Position numbers and translations under genes: made by a program. Under the pieces are notes generated by a model. It saw only the letters and a list, made by a program, of their open reading frames with translations, was not told the DNA's origin and made no database searches. Source: Macrostomum lignano (lineage: Eukaryota). From it: 34,995 bases of DNA. This document shows positions 1-19,699 of this stretch, piece after piece (within the stretch, counting starts at the first letter, position 1; each line of letters opens with the position of its first letter). The DNA is taken from the NCBI GenBank assembly GCA_002269645.1, contig NIVC01004791.1, positions 1 through 34,995 of the forward strand. Direction: 5' to 3'.

Positions 1-3750
<3,750 letters not shown>

Positions 3751-3780
3751 TTCCATACAGTTGACCAATGACGAGGGTAT

Positions 3781-4097
3781 ATCAACTGTTTGGCGTCTTT
3801 AAATGCCAAACTTTCAGTTGATAAGTCGTCGAGGCCCACTTAAGGACTACTAGACTACTGTCGTGACTTTTTAGTCATCTGACTTATCTCTTAAGTTCAT
3901 CTATCGGATACGATTGTCTCTTTGTTTACTAGTTCTGTCTGTCTGGTTCATCTGATTTATCTTATCTCTCTCTCTCTCTCTTGATCGCTTCTTATTGGCT
4001 CTTCATTCATCTGAGAGAGTGGTTTTACGCAGTAAGGGGGGTTGGTGCGCCACTGAGGAAAGAGCTAGCTAAGATCGAAGAGCCAATCAGAAGCGAG

Positions 4098-4138
<41 letters not shown>

Positions 4139-4330
4139 AGATGAATCACATGAGCCAGACACAGAGAAATAGTAAACATAGACGAGCGCAGATGAACTGA
4201 AGAGAATAGTCACATGATTAGAAAGGCGCGAAAGTGGTCTAGTGGTCCTTGAATGGCCCTAGTCGTTTCCCCCTAGTCGTTTCCTCAACTGAATGTTTCG
4301 TGTTCAAAGACGCCAAACACAAGTTTGATC
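3781..4330. repeat. Long degenerate inverted repeat (foldback element or hairpin); arms ~3781-4004 and ~4077-4330, 72-nt loop
   Basis: Hand alignment of the left arm to the reverse complement of the right arm, e.g. TGTTTGGCGTCTTT, AAGGACYACTAGACYACT, GTTTACTA...TGTCTGGYTCAT, (TC)n against (GA)n, TCTTGMTCGCTTCTKATTGGCTCTTC. About 82-92% identity in the four segments counted. Confidence 0.9.
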
Positions 4331-4966
4331 CATGCTTGTTCTGGTGCAGCAAAGTTTCAAATCAAAAAATTGTTCTCGTTTGATTAGATCGATTGATTGA
4401 CAGATTAAATATAAATTGACTAGATTGTTTGGACGCTTGATTAGATATTTACATCTTTATTGTGCAGGCATAGAAGGCAATTTATCTAATATAGAAAGTT
4501 TGAATTATGACCAGGCAAACAGTTTTTATAGGAAAAATTTCAGATTCTATGATCATATATTTACGTTTTAATAATGCTTTGTTATATTTGGCAATCAAAC
4601 CGCTAGGCAGCACGATTTACCAGTAGCTACTTGAACATATCAATCTAAATAAAAAGCATTGAAACTGCTGTTTTTAGGCCAGGTAGGGCATAGTGAATGC
4701 AAATTCATTCATTTATTCTTTCTTATTCGTTAATTTCGGTGCCTACTGTTTCTGTTGACTTGTTGACACAGCATTAAATGAGTTTCAGCTTACTATCTAC
4801 TCATGAGTAGTATGGATAAAATATGAATATTAATTAAGTAATCCGCACAGCTAGCCACGCTGGAGTAAGTTTATCATACAATAATGTATCAGAGCAGCCT
4901 TTTTAATAGAACTTTAATCGTAGGGAACATCACTAAGTCAACCCTCGTCAAGCATTCGTTCATCGA

Positions 4967-7900
4967 TCAGACACCGCCAGTCCTAGACGGCTTGTGATAG
5001 TCCGCATTCGCTTGAAGCTGCCCGTTCGACAGTCGCTCAATCGCCTGAACGGCACTGATCCGTCTGAATGGTTTCAGTTTGTGGCCTTTGCGACGAAGCT
5101 CCTCCTTGATGATCTGGAGAGGGCAGTAAGGAGAGTGAGCAAACGTCTATCGGGAGTGCACGAAGACAATGTAGCTAAATTCTGACCGAATGGTCTACCG
5201 GAAACGGCTCACGATCTTCCTGTCAACTTAGGGTGTTGAATTATGACGGCTTATACGAGCGTATCATGAGCGTATAAGATTGCCTCAAACACTACCAGAC
5301 TGCCACAGTTGATTAGCTGTCAGCAACCACAATCTTTTAGTACATACCAATTTCAGTTGCTATTCAAAAGACAAGGGCTTGCCTCAGGTGGGTCACAAGC
5401 ATCCGGATTGTAGTTGAGCACATTCGGCACCAGCTGGTGATGCAGTCGGTAGGAGTCCACAGCCGCCTTGACCGTCTCATTCAGGTACAGCTGTCTGGCC
5501 AGCGTGTAAGCGACAGCCGTGGTGATGCGCGAGCCGCCAGCAGCGCCGCTGACAAACTGGACGTCACCATCGGCGTTGGCGACGATCACTGGCGCCATTG
5601 AAGACATCGGGCGCTTGTTCGCCGCAATAAAGTTGGTGGGCGAGGCTGGTAGGCCAAAGTAATTTGTCTTGTTGGGCTGAGAGAAGTCGTCCATCTCGTT
5701 GTTATAAAAAATTCCAGTGCGGACGCCTCGAATCAAAGAGCCAAAGCTGCAATGTGGGTTTTATGTTCAGAGTTTCCATCCGAAACGAGACGTCGAATTC
5801 TTATAGAATGCTTATAGTCAACAGCAAAGAAATTTCCTTGGTAGGATTAGCAATCAACTCACTACGTATTGATTGTGGAGGTGATAGAAATTGCGTTGCC
5901 GTCAGAGTCCACAAGAGACACGTGAGTCGTGCCAGAGTCCTCCTTCCACTCGAACATTGGTCCATAGTAGTTGACATCGTGCGTGGTATCGTCGGTGATG
6001 CGACTGCGAAGCTCCGACGCGTAGCTGCTGCTCGTCATGTTGGCCACCAGCTCGGTCACGTTCACGAAGGCCGCGTCGCCCAGACCGGAGCGCTTCGCGT
6101 AAGCGAACTTGAACGACTCGACGAGACGGTGGAGAAAGTTGACGTAGCCGTCTTTCGTCGACCTCGCTTTGCTGAATCTCCAGCGTAGCCGTCCATGATG
6201 CCGAGAATGAGAGAAAGAACGGCTCCGCTACTCGGAGGAGGCAGCGAGTAGAGCGTCAGGCCCTTCGACGACAGAGTCGCTGTTAGTGGCGTGAGACGCC
6301 TTGGTCGGTAGTTCTGAGATATATTGTAATTTACTTCGAAATAGTTGAAAGGTTGAGAAAATTTATAACATAGATCTCGTGTATTCGATTTTTGTACTTA
6401 AAGGTAAAAGGTTTTCACCATCGTCTCACAGTAGAAAAAAGTTGCAAGGCATTGATGCGACTTACTAATAGGTCATTTTTTGTAATGTTCCCTCCGGCCG
6501 CAAGCACTTCCTGAACGATGTCATCGGCTAAGCTCCCATTGTAGAATACCTGCGGATCGTTTGCAATCTTGTCCATGGTGTCGGCCAGTTTAGTGTCAAC
6601 AAGCACATCACCCTCCTTATACGGCTTTCCTGTAGCCGGATTGACCATCCAGTCTTTCAGCTCCTTGAACGGAGCCACATCCGGCACTTGCGGATATTTT
6701 GAGGCGAACGCTTTCGCTAGCGGGCGGGACACGCGCTGGCCCTCGCGAAGCACTCGCGAGACCGGCTCGACCACGGAGCGCCACGGAAGGCGGCCGTGCG
6801 CCGCGTGAGCCGCTGCCAGACCGGCGACCTCGCCGGGCACACCGATCGCCAGACCGCCGTAGAGGGAGGCGTTCGACGGCAGGCCGCTGTACATGTCGCG
6901 GTGCGCGGCGGCAGGCGCCGATTCGCGGAAGTCAAACGCTCTTGCCGCACGAGTGGAGCTGTTTCAAGGGAAGTTTTATTGTCCTACTCAACCCATAGAA
7001 ACTTTGTGCAGTCTTTGTACAGCATGAAAGGATCGTTTTTGATTTGTGTTCACCAGGAGTATTTTTGCCTACCGATTTTTGGAGCAACTGAAGCAACAGA
7101 GTGAGAAATTAGAAATAGCGACCCAGCATGCGCCTACCGATTGTAGTAAACCAGAAAGGAGCCTCCGCCGATGCCTGCGTTGTGGATGTTTGAGACGCCA
7201 ATGCACAGCACGGTGGCTACTCCAGCGTCCATGGCGTTGCCGCCGAGCACATTGAGCACATAGTCTCCGATGGTGCTGCACGCGTTGCAGTCTGATGTGA
7301 CTGCGTTATACTGATAGATGTCGGTGCCGGAAGCTGAGACGCAGTTTTTCTGCCACTCGGGTGTCTCTGCAATCAATTTTTACAAGTATCTTCAACTCCC
7401 AGTCTTTATGATGTTTTTTCGTGACTGAACAGTTCAAACGTGAGTTATTATGGAGCTCAATGTCTTACCGCCGTAGCTGCTGCGGCACTGAGCACTGAGC
7501 GCGGCAAAGACGATCACCAGTACAATTAAGGTTGCGATGACCGCTGCCAGAATGCCCAGCTGAATACGTGATCTGTTTAATTCAGTTTAGGCGACTGTTT
7601 GTTATGACAAGATCTGAGTGTTTACTTATTTATTGATATTGTGCTGAAAAAGATAATTTCATAAACTAAAGCTACAATCCCAGTGAATTTCCATACATTC
7701 CGTAGATCAGCTAAGGCAAGCCTCTTTGTTGTTTGCTTCGCTTTCCAGCAAGCGACAAGGACCACTAGAAGTTACCAAACTCCTTGGGAAGCGAGTAGCA
7801 CCCAAAAATTTACACACAAGAAGTTTCAAAAAATGTTTTATTTCCACACAAACAGATTGCTAAGGTGAGTTTCGAAGCAGATTCTCTAAAAGCAAGAATA

Positions 7901-8019
7901 TTCGTACATTCAGATTACTACACCCCCTGATAACTTACTCACACCCTTAATGCTTACCTTTTCCGCGATTGCTGCATGTCGGGCAGCTGGTGGCGAACAG
8001 AAGACGTATTTTGGCGCAT
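4967..8019 (-). CDS. GGT: Gamma-glutamyltransferase paralog B, ~616 aa type II membrane protein; one -1 frameshift at ~6167
   Basis: Exons 8019-7958 (ATG, in-frame TGA immediately upstream), 7572-7469 (signal anchor IQLGILAAVIATLIVLVIVFAAL), 7366-7138, 6958-6466, 6313-5863, 5746-5383 and 5113-4967 (TGA). They sum to 1850 nt, or 617 codons once one base is restored. Motifs: GGNAMDAGVATVLCIGV, DSGTTHVS, TSTINTYFGS, NNEMDDFS, KRPMSSM, GAAGGSRI. The last intron has a GC donor. Confidence 0.93.
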
Positions 8020-8494
8020 TCAGTGACCGAAGTTCAGTTTTACAAAACAGCATTAACAGGTATGCAGCTATGCAGGCATGGAAACTTCAATTCACTCAGA
8101 ATTTCTAGGTCAAGGCAAGCGGAAACGGTCGACTGAGCTGGGGAGGAGGGTCGGGCTGACCATTGGCAGGGCAGGCGTCTGCGAAATTCAAGACGTGTTT
8201 TAATAACAAACTCCGGGCTCCATTTTCACCTGTGCGCGAGAGTTGAAGAAGTTTTTCGTTTCATAGGGCCAAGATTTTGCGTGTTCTGATCTGCTACCAG
8301 AGCTTACGAGTAACTGTGAAAGGTCTAACTTAATGACATAAATATCAAGATTAAAAACTTCAGCAATACCAGTGGCGTCCATAATCTCTTGCTAATCTTT
8401 GATTACAATTGGAATCTGTGAACTTGGAATCTGTGAACTGCGTTAAATAATGAGATGTGCGCCTTGGCACCGTGATTTACGAGCGTAGCAGTAG

Positions 8495-9141
8495 TGGTCA
8501 CACCTTGGAACCTGTGCCGCCCATGATCACACCTTGGCACCTGTGCCGCCCATGATCACACCTTGGCACCTGTGCCGCCCATGATCACACCTTGGCACCT
8601 GTGCTGTCCATGATCACACCTTGGCACCTGTGCTGTCCATGGTCACACCTTGGAACCTGTGCTGCCCATGGTCACACCTTGGAACCTGTGCTGTTCATGA
8701 TGACACCTTGGCACCTGTGCTGTCCATGGTCACACCTTGGCACCTGTGCTGCCCATGGTCACACATTGGAACCTGTGCTGTCCATGGTCACACCTTGGCA
8801 CCTGTGCTGCCCATGGCCACACCTTGGCACCTGTGCTGTCCATGATCACACCTTGGCACCTGTGCTGTCCATGGTCACACCTTGGCACCTGTGCTGTCCA
8901 TGGTCACACCTTGGAACCTGTGCTGCCCATGGTCACACATTGGAACCTGTGCTGTCCATGATGACACCTTGGCACCTGTGCTGTCCATGGTCACACCTTG
9001 GCACCTGTGCTGCCCATGGTCACACATTGGAACCTGTGCTGTCCATGATCACACCTGGGCACCTGTGGCTTCCATGGTCACACCTTGGCACCTGTGCTGT
9101 CCATGATCACACCTTGGCACCTGTGCTGTCCATGATCACAC
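8495..9141. repeat. 29-bp minisatellite (CATGGTCACACCTTGGCACCTGTGCTGTC), ~22 copies, intergenic
   Basis: Directly visible tandem unit; it generates the periodic WHLCCPWSHLGT ORFs. Confidence 0.97.
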
Positions 9142-9690
9142 TACATTGAGCAGCTATTATCAGTTTCTTTTGTTAATTGAGTTTGTGAAACTAACAATTT
9201 AAATAAGAGCAGTAAAATACGCAAAACTCATTTCCGATTTCACAATAAATTGCATGTATGAATGCAACAATCCGCTACAAATTTACTCTATTTCAAGTAA
9301 AGAAAATTTCTGAATATGGATTTCAGAAACAATTTTTTTCTCAGTGATGTTGCAGCCTGTTCCTTTGGTGCTTACAATATCCGGTATAAACGGCTAGCAC
9401 TCCGATAAAGGAAATAAATTAATGAAGATTAGATGGATGAGGAGTGAGAACAGATGTAAGGATAGATTAGGGGTGAGATTAGATATAGAGAGTTCTGCGA
9501 GTGAGATTGGTTGAGATCTATTGAGATCAATAGAGTTTGGGTGTGATTAGGACAAAGGGAAGATGCTTTAGGGAAGGATCAGGTACATCGGGCAGCTGGG
9601 CTGACATCAGAATAAACACAGGTAGAACATCTGAAAAGGTGAAAAAAGCAGGCAGACACAAGAACTAACTAGATTTCCCTTCATTCTCTC

Positions 9691-11238
9691 TCAAGTCTTT
9701 CTCCTTAGCAGCGGCAGTCCGCTGAAAATTCCTCTTGGCGCAGCGGCCGTGCCGTTCTCAGCGGACGGCGCCGCCGCTCGCGCCGCCTGACGCGCCAGCT
9801 GTCTCTGGCAGGCCTCCAGCTGGGCCGCCAGCTCGACATTCTGGTGCACCTTCTCGGCCATGTCGGCCTCCCAGTCGGCGAGGTCGGCCTTCAGCGCGGC
9901 GATTTGAACGGCGGCTTTGGTGGCGGCGGCTGATTCGGCATCGCCGCCGCCACGGCCGCACTGCCGGCAGACGGCGCCTCCGGACGAACCGCAGGCAGCG
10001 GCAGCGACGGCTGCTGCACCTCCGACCGCCTCCGATTCCTCTGACACTTCTTCTTCGACCTCATCCTCATCTTCGACGTCGACCGCCTCGTCGAAACGAT
10101 GCCGGCCGACCACGCCCGCTGAGCTGTCGCCGCCGCTTGCCGTCGATTTCAGCGTCTCCGCCGCAGCCTGGGCCAACCGGAGCTCCTCGGCCCGGCGGTG
10201 CAGCTGCTCACGGAGGCGGGCGTTCTCGTCCTCCAGGGAGGCCACCTGTGGAGTAAGGATGAAGGTTGGGTTTGTTGCTGTGCTGCAAGGCATTTTAATA
10301 CTGCAGGTTTTACCTTTCCTTTTCAAACTGCCTCTCCCCACCCTCTCTACCTGCCTCTCCCACCCTCTCTACCTGCCTCTCCCACCCTCTCTACCTGCCT
10401 CTCCCACCCTCTCTACCTGCCTCTCCCACCCTCTCTACCTGCCTCTCCCACCCTCTCTACCTGCCTCTCCCACCCTCTCTACCTGCCTCTCCCCACCCTC
10501 TCTACCTGCCTCTCCCACCCTCTCTACCTGCCTCTCCCACCCTCTCTACCTGCCTCTCCCACCCTCTCTACCTGCCTCTCCCCACCCTCTACCTGCATCT
10601 CCCCACTCTCTACCTGCCTCTCCCACCCTCTACCTGCATCTCCCCACTCTCTATCTGCCTCTCCCCACCCTCTACCTGCATCTCCCCACTCTCTACCTGC
10701 CTCTCCCACCCTCTACCTGCCTCTCCCCACCCTCTCTACCTGCATCTCCCCACCCTCTACCTGCCTTTCCTACCCTCTCTACCTGCCTCTCCCCACCCTC
10801 TCTACCTGCCCCTCTCCCACCCTCTCTACCTGCCCCTCTCCCACCCTCTCTACCTGCCCCTCTCCCACCCTCTCTACCTGCCCCTCTCCCACACTCTCTA
10901 CCTGCCCCTCCACCTACCTGAGCGTGAGCCGCCAGGCCATCCTCCCGCAGCTCGGCCACCTGCTGCGCATAGAACTCCTCGTACGCATTGGACACATCGG
11001 CCAGACTCTCCATCAGATAGATGCTCAGCTTCACCAGCGACACCGGCGTGGCCGTGCATCCGGCCGAGGACTCGGCCAGCAGCCGCTCAGCGGCGACCCC
11101 GGACAGCCAGTCGGCCTGACAGCCTGGCGGGTACTCCTTAGCCGCCTTGTCCAGATACTCCCTCAGCCGGGACTCAACTTCGTTAGCCAACCGCTCCCAT
11201 TCCTGCTGATCTTCTCCCTCTGGCTTGTTCTGCTCCAT
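9691..11238 (-). CDS. Uncharacterised coiled-coil protein, ~291 aa, 2 exons
   Basis: Exon 11238-10918 (ATG...CAG|gtaggt) joins in phase 0 to exon 10245-9691 (ccacag|GTG...TGA). GC-rich codon pattern as in the neighbouring genes, heptad segments (QVAELREDGLAAHAQVASLEDENARLREQL; IAALKADLADWEADMAEKVHQNVELAAQLEACQRQL) and an acidic tract. No family recognised. The 5' end could extend through an acceptor at 11254. Confidence 0.75.
10328..10920. repeat. ~22-bp minisatellite (CCTCTCCCACCCTCTCTACCTG and variants), ~27 copies, intronic, G-rich on the sense strand
   Basis: Directly visible; starts at the splice donor of the coiled-coil gene. Confidence 0.95.
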
Positions 11239-11728
11239 GCTGCTCAAAACTCTCTAGTGTGTTTTTGCCTGTGGTGGGTTTGCTCTCTCTATACTCCCTA
11301 CTGTCTCGTCTGGTCTCAATGCGCTGCGCACATTTTAACCGAGAGCCTCCTTCGGCGGTCCTCTCAACCCTCACCGAGCAGAGAGAGCTGCATGACTCAG
11401 CTGCAGTGTCTCCCGGCCATTCTTACCTCAGCGGGGCTCAGTGCTCGGACAGTGTACAGTGCGTACACACATGGTGCAGTCTGTCTTATTCTATTATACT
11501 GCGACTATGGAGTTCTATGGAGTAGTGGGCGAAGCGGCGGTGCGCAAAAAAGTCTTAACTGCCTAGTTTAAAAGCAGAATTTTTGCTTTGATATTATCAT
11601 AATATTCAAATTCACCGTCATAACTTTAGTTGCAAATGTGGTCAATGAAGTGGAACCAATGGTTTACATTTATCATTGGCTAAGGAAAAGTTTTATGGGG
11701 CGATATGAGCCATAGGCTGATTTTAGCC

Positions 11729-11797
<69 letters not shown>

Positions 11798-11820
11798 TAG
11801 ACAGACAGACAGACAGACAA

Positions 11821-11873
<53 letters not shown>

Positions 11874-11890
11874 TAGACAGACAGACAGAC
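11729..11890. repeat. (CAGA)n microsatellite
   Basis: Directly visible 4-nt period. Confidence 0.98.
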
Positions 11891-12629
11891 CGTCAGACAC
11901 TAGAGGACAAGCGGACGGACGCACAAAAATGAAATGCATCAAAAAGATGACCCCAGAAGTGGTTTGCAATTCCAGTATCGAATCAATCAGAAATTAGAAG
12001 CAGTATATAATTGGCCTAGAAAAACTAAGTGTATTCTGCAAACAAAGACAGGCAAATCAATAACGAAATGAAAATTAAAGTAATTTACCGCAAAATCGTT
12101 TTGAATAGTAGAAAAATGGATAGAAGGATTAGAATGAAGCACAATAAAGAAACATTGCTAGACACAATGGAACTGGCCATTTACAAAAATAACACTAAAC
12201 TTGTTTATATCAATCGCGGAGGGCAATAAGCAAACAACTTCAATTCGCAGAGTAAAAACTGACCATAAGAGCACACATTAATAAGCGTTTCTGTAAAAAT
12301 GATTACTTCTAATTTCATTCTACACCTTCCCAATAATGTTAAATAGTGCTTTGATAAGTAATTATCGCTACATATCGACTATTAATAAATATATAATCAA
12401 TTCTGATTCTGAAGGCGTGAAATAGCGCAGAAACATGGCCTGAATGACGCGTTAAAAGGACTAAATTATTAAAAAAAGGAGACTAGGGACTGGAGGAATC
12501 CAAATGGGATTGCTGGCAATCTTTAACAACAACACTTTTTAGGCCCGTAATCGAGAGAAAGTTGTATAAATGGACAGAAATACCTGCACTGGCACGACTG
12601 CAAATGTAGGTGAAATCGATTAAGCAGGT

Positions 12630-13197
12630 GGTCAGAGGCGATTCTTAAGGTTAGTCAGAGGCGATTCTATATGATAGTCAGGGGCGATTCTATATGATAG
12701 TCAGGGGCGATTCTATATGATAGTCAGAGGCGATTCTATATGGTAGTCAGGGGCGATTCTGAATGATAGTCAGGGGCGATTCTGAATGATAGCCAGAGGC
12801 GATTCTGAATGGTAGTCAGGGGCGATTCTGAATGATAGTCACAGGGCGATTCTGAATGATAGTCAGGGGGAGATTCTGAATGATAGTCAGAGGCGATTCT
12901 GAATGATAGTCAGGGGCGATTCTGAATGATAGTCAGGGGGCGATTCTGAATGATAGTCAGAGGCGATTTTGAATGATAGTCAGGGGGCGATTCTGAATGA
13001 TAGTCAGGGGCGATTCTGAATGATAGCCAGGGGGCGATTCTGAATGATAGTCAGGGGGCGATTCTGAATGATAGTCAGGGGGCGATTCTGAATGATATTC
13101 AGGGACGATACTAAAGGTTAGTCAGAGGCGATTCTATATGATATTCAGGGGCGATTCTGAATGGTAGTCAGGGGCGATTCTGAATGGTAGTCAGGGG
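12630..13197. repeat. ~23-bp minisatellite (GGGGCGATTCTGAATGATAGTCA), ~24 copies, 3' of AGPS
   Basis: Directly visible tandem unit. Confidence 0.95.
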
Positions 13198-13339
13198 TTA
13201 TCCAAGAATGTTAGGGGCGAGGCAATCATAAAATAAAGGCTAGTCAGACTATTCGAGTTTAATCGGAGATCTGAGCATTAAAATCAGGTACATAACCGAT
13301 CTCAGAACTACTATACTCAATGCTTCGGCATTGGGCGAT

Positions 13340-17254
<3,915 letters not shown>

Positions 17255-17300
17255 GCTGAGGGTGGCATGCAATTTAGTGAAAATTAATGATTTGATTATG

Positions 17301-17950
17301 ACAATTGATACTTTGAGTATGGCAATTGATGCTTTGAGTATGGCAATTGATGCTTTGAGTATGGCAATTGATGCTTTGAGTCTGGGAATTGATGCTTTGA
17401 GTCTGGGAATTGATGCTTTGAGTCTGGGAATTGATACTTTGAGTATGGGAATTGATGCTTTGAGAATGGCAATTGATGCTTTGAGTCTGACAATTGATGC
17501 TTTGAGTATGGCAATTGATGCTTTGAGTATGGCAATTGATGCTTTGAGTATGGCAATTGATGCTTTGAGTCTGGGAATTGATGCTTTGAGTCTGGGAATT
17601 GAGTCTGGGAATTGATGCTTTGAGTCTGGGAATTGATGCTTTGAGTCTGGGAATTGATGCTTTGAGTCTGGGAATTGATGCTTTGAGTCTGGGAATTGAT
17701 ACTTTGAGTATGGGAATTGATGCTTTGAGAATGGCAATTGATGCTTTGAGTCTGACAATTGATGCTTTGAGTATGGCAATTGATGCTTTGAGTCTGGGAA
17801 TTGATGCTTTGAGTCTGGGAATTGATGCTTTGAGAATGGCAATTGATGCTTTGAGTCTGGCAATTGATGCTTTGAGAATGGCAATTTATGCTTTGAGTCT
17901 GGCAATCTATGCTTTGAGTCTGGCAATCTATGCTTTGAGTCTGGCAATCT
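17301..17950. repeat. 21-bp minisatellite (GGCAATTGATGCTTTGAGTAT / GGGAATTGATGCTTTGAGTCT), ~30 copies, immediately upstream of the AGPS ATG
   Basis: Directly visible; one short partial unit near 17600 shifts the register. Confidence 0.96.
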
Positions 17951-17972
17951 ATTTATCTATTTATATATCTAT

Positions 17973-18033
<61 letters not shown>

Positions 18034-18042
18034 CATCTATCT
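17947..18042. repeat. (TCTA)n microsatellite
   Basis: Directly visible. Confidence 0.95.
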
Positions 18043-18311
18043 TTATTAATGCTAATTTATTATTAATGATAATAATGGCAAAAGTCAAACAACAGGAAAA
18101 ACGGACATGCAAAAGACCTTAAATCAACTGTTCTTGCTTTATATTTATACCAATGCATATATTTTACCTGTAACAGACTTTGGGGCAATAGATTACCCAC
18201 CAATTTTAATAAAATCTGCTACCAATCATACTACTGACAATTGCTTAGTTAGTAGCATGGTAAGTAGGTATTCTACAAAATGCGCGCATCATGCTACTGC
18301 CGGCTGTTGAA

Positions 18312-19671
18312 TCAGTAGTAGACAGGCGGCGCTACCCGGTCAGGCTGGTAGTGGCCGGTGAAGTGAGTGGCCTGCGGCTCGTCCCAGTCCGGATTGCGCA
18401 ATCCGGCCGGGTCCCGCCGGCTCAGATGGTGCAGCAGACGGGCCTGGACTTTCTTAGCGGCATCGACCGTCATCACCAGGGTGTCGTGCTTCAGTATGGA
18501 CCAGACGTTGATGCCGTAGTAAGGCATCAGGCTGTAGTAGCGCACAGAATCGCAGGCCAGGGCCATGTTGACGGGAGCCTTGTCCGTGTCAGCCACAAAC
18601 AGCACGGTGGGACCCCAGCCGCGGGACTCCACCAGGGTCTGCAGCCAGGCACCGTTGTCCGCGGGCAGCTCTAGGCTGTCAACAATGTGCAGGTCGTCCT
18701 TAAATTGATGGGATGATAGCTGAGACTCCTGCGGTATGAGCTCGGTGGGGAATTCTACTGTGGGATAAGCTCGATGGGGAATTCTACTGTAGGATAAGCT
18801 CGGTGGAGAATTCTACTGAGGGATAAGCTCGGTGGGGAGTTCTACTGAGGGATAAGCTCAGTGGGGGAATTCTACTGTGGGATAATCTCAGTGGGGAATT
18901 CTACTGTGGGATAAGCTCGGTGGAGAATTCTACTGTGGGATAAGCTTGGTAGGGAATTTTACTGTAAGATAAGCTCGGTGGGGAATTTGAGAATTCGATG
19001 AATTCGCACTGATAAACAAGCAACTCTCTCACCTGCAAGCACCTGGCCGACAGGGCTTGCACGAGGCCCAGCACACGGATATGCTGCGGCAGAATAGTAA
19101 AAAACGACTCGGGTCCGCGCGGCCCCTTCACCTGTGCGCCGCCAAAGAATTGCGGCGCCAATCGGTTGCCATGCCGAGCCAAGCCGAAGCCCTTCTGGGG
19201 CCAGGGCTTCTTGTGCCCGCGGGCCACCTCGGTCTTGTAGGTGATGCTCCGGTAGTCAATTAGCCGGTAAAGGCCCTGCCAGCGAAGGTTCTCGTGCAGC
19301 ACGTGCGGCCGAGGCACCTGGTGGAAGATTCGCGGGTCCAGCGAGACCAGGCCGAGTTTAACGTCGCTTTGAACTCGCAGCGTCTCCAGCCAGAGCTGCG
19401 GTCCGGGGACGCCGCCGACGCCCTCGATGGCGGACTCGGCTAGGGAGGGCAGACTGTCGGGCAGGCCGACCTGCGATGCCAGACTGCCAGCATCGGCAGC
19501 TGCGGGCTCAGCAGCGCTGGAGCCGCCTTCCTGGCCGCTGTCGGGGGGAGAGGCGGAGCTGCTGAAGCAACATCGGTGGCTGCTGGACGCGGCGGCAGAG
19601 AGAGTGGGCTGGGCGAACCGGCGAATGGCGGCGAACCGGCGCACCGCGGTGGCCAAACTGGAGCACTGCAT
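18312..19671 (-). CDS. MRPL4: Mitochondrial large-subunit ribosomal protein uL4m (MRPL4), ~341 aa, 2 exons
   Basis: Exons 19671-19033 (CAG|gtgaga) and 18698-18312 (ttaag|GAC...TGA). Arg-rich, acid-free N-terminal presequence. uL4 motifs KKPWPQKGFGLARHG and GGAQVKGPRGP. The segments Q|DDLHIVDSLELP and GINVWSILKHDTLVMT match animal MRPL4. Confidence 0.93.
18738..18990. repeat. 29-bp minisatellite (GGGGAATTCTACTGTGGGATAAGCTCGGT), ~8-9 copies, in the MRPL4 intron
   Basis: AATTCT recurs at 18751, 18780, 18809, 18838 (AGTTCT variant), 18868 and 18897. Confidence 0.93.
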
Positions 19672-19699
19672 GGGAGAAGTGAGTCCGGTTACATGAGCT

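Noticed and set aside
7757-7769. 13-mer AAGGACCACTAGA matching the palindrome arm, in GGT-B intron 1
   Set aside because: The flanks do not align; a single short match could be chance.
10198-11571. 457-aa and 334-aa + strand ORFs over the coiled-coil gene
   Set aside because: They are antisense shadows of GC-rich exons plus the stop-free pyrimidine repeat.
11590-11940. (CAGA)n followed by CGGACGGACGCAC as a DINE-1/HINE-like Helentron derivative
   Set aside because: The resemblance is suggestive only; I could not identify subterminal inverted repeats, a 3' stem-loop or boundaries.
17255-17947. Repeat-encoded N-terminal extension in frame with AGPS
   Set aside because: The frame is open but has no ATG before 17254 (the ORF track starts at TTG), and an acceptor-like CTCAG sits directly before the true ATG.
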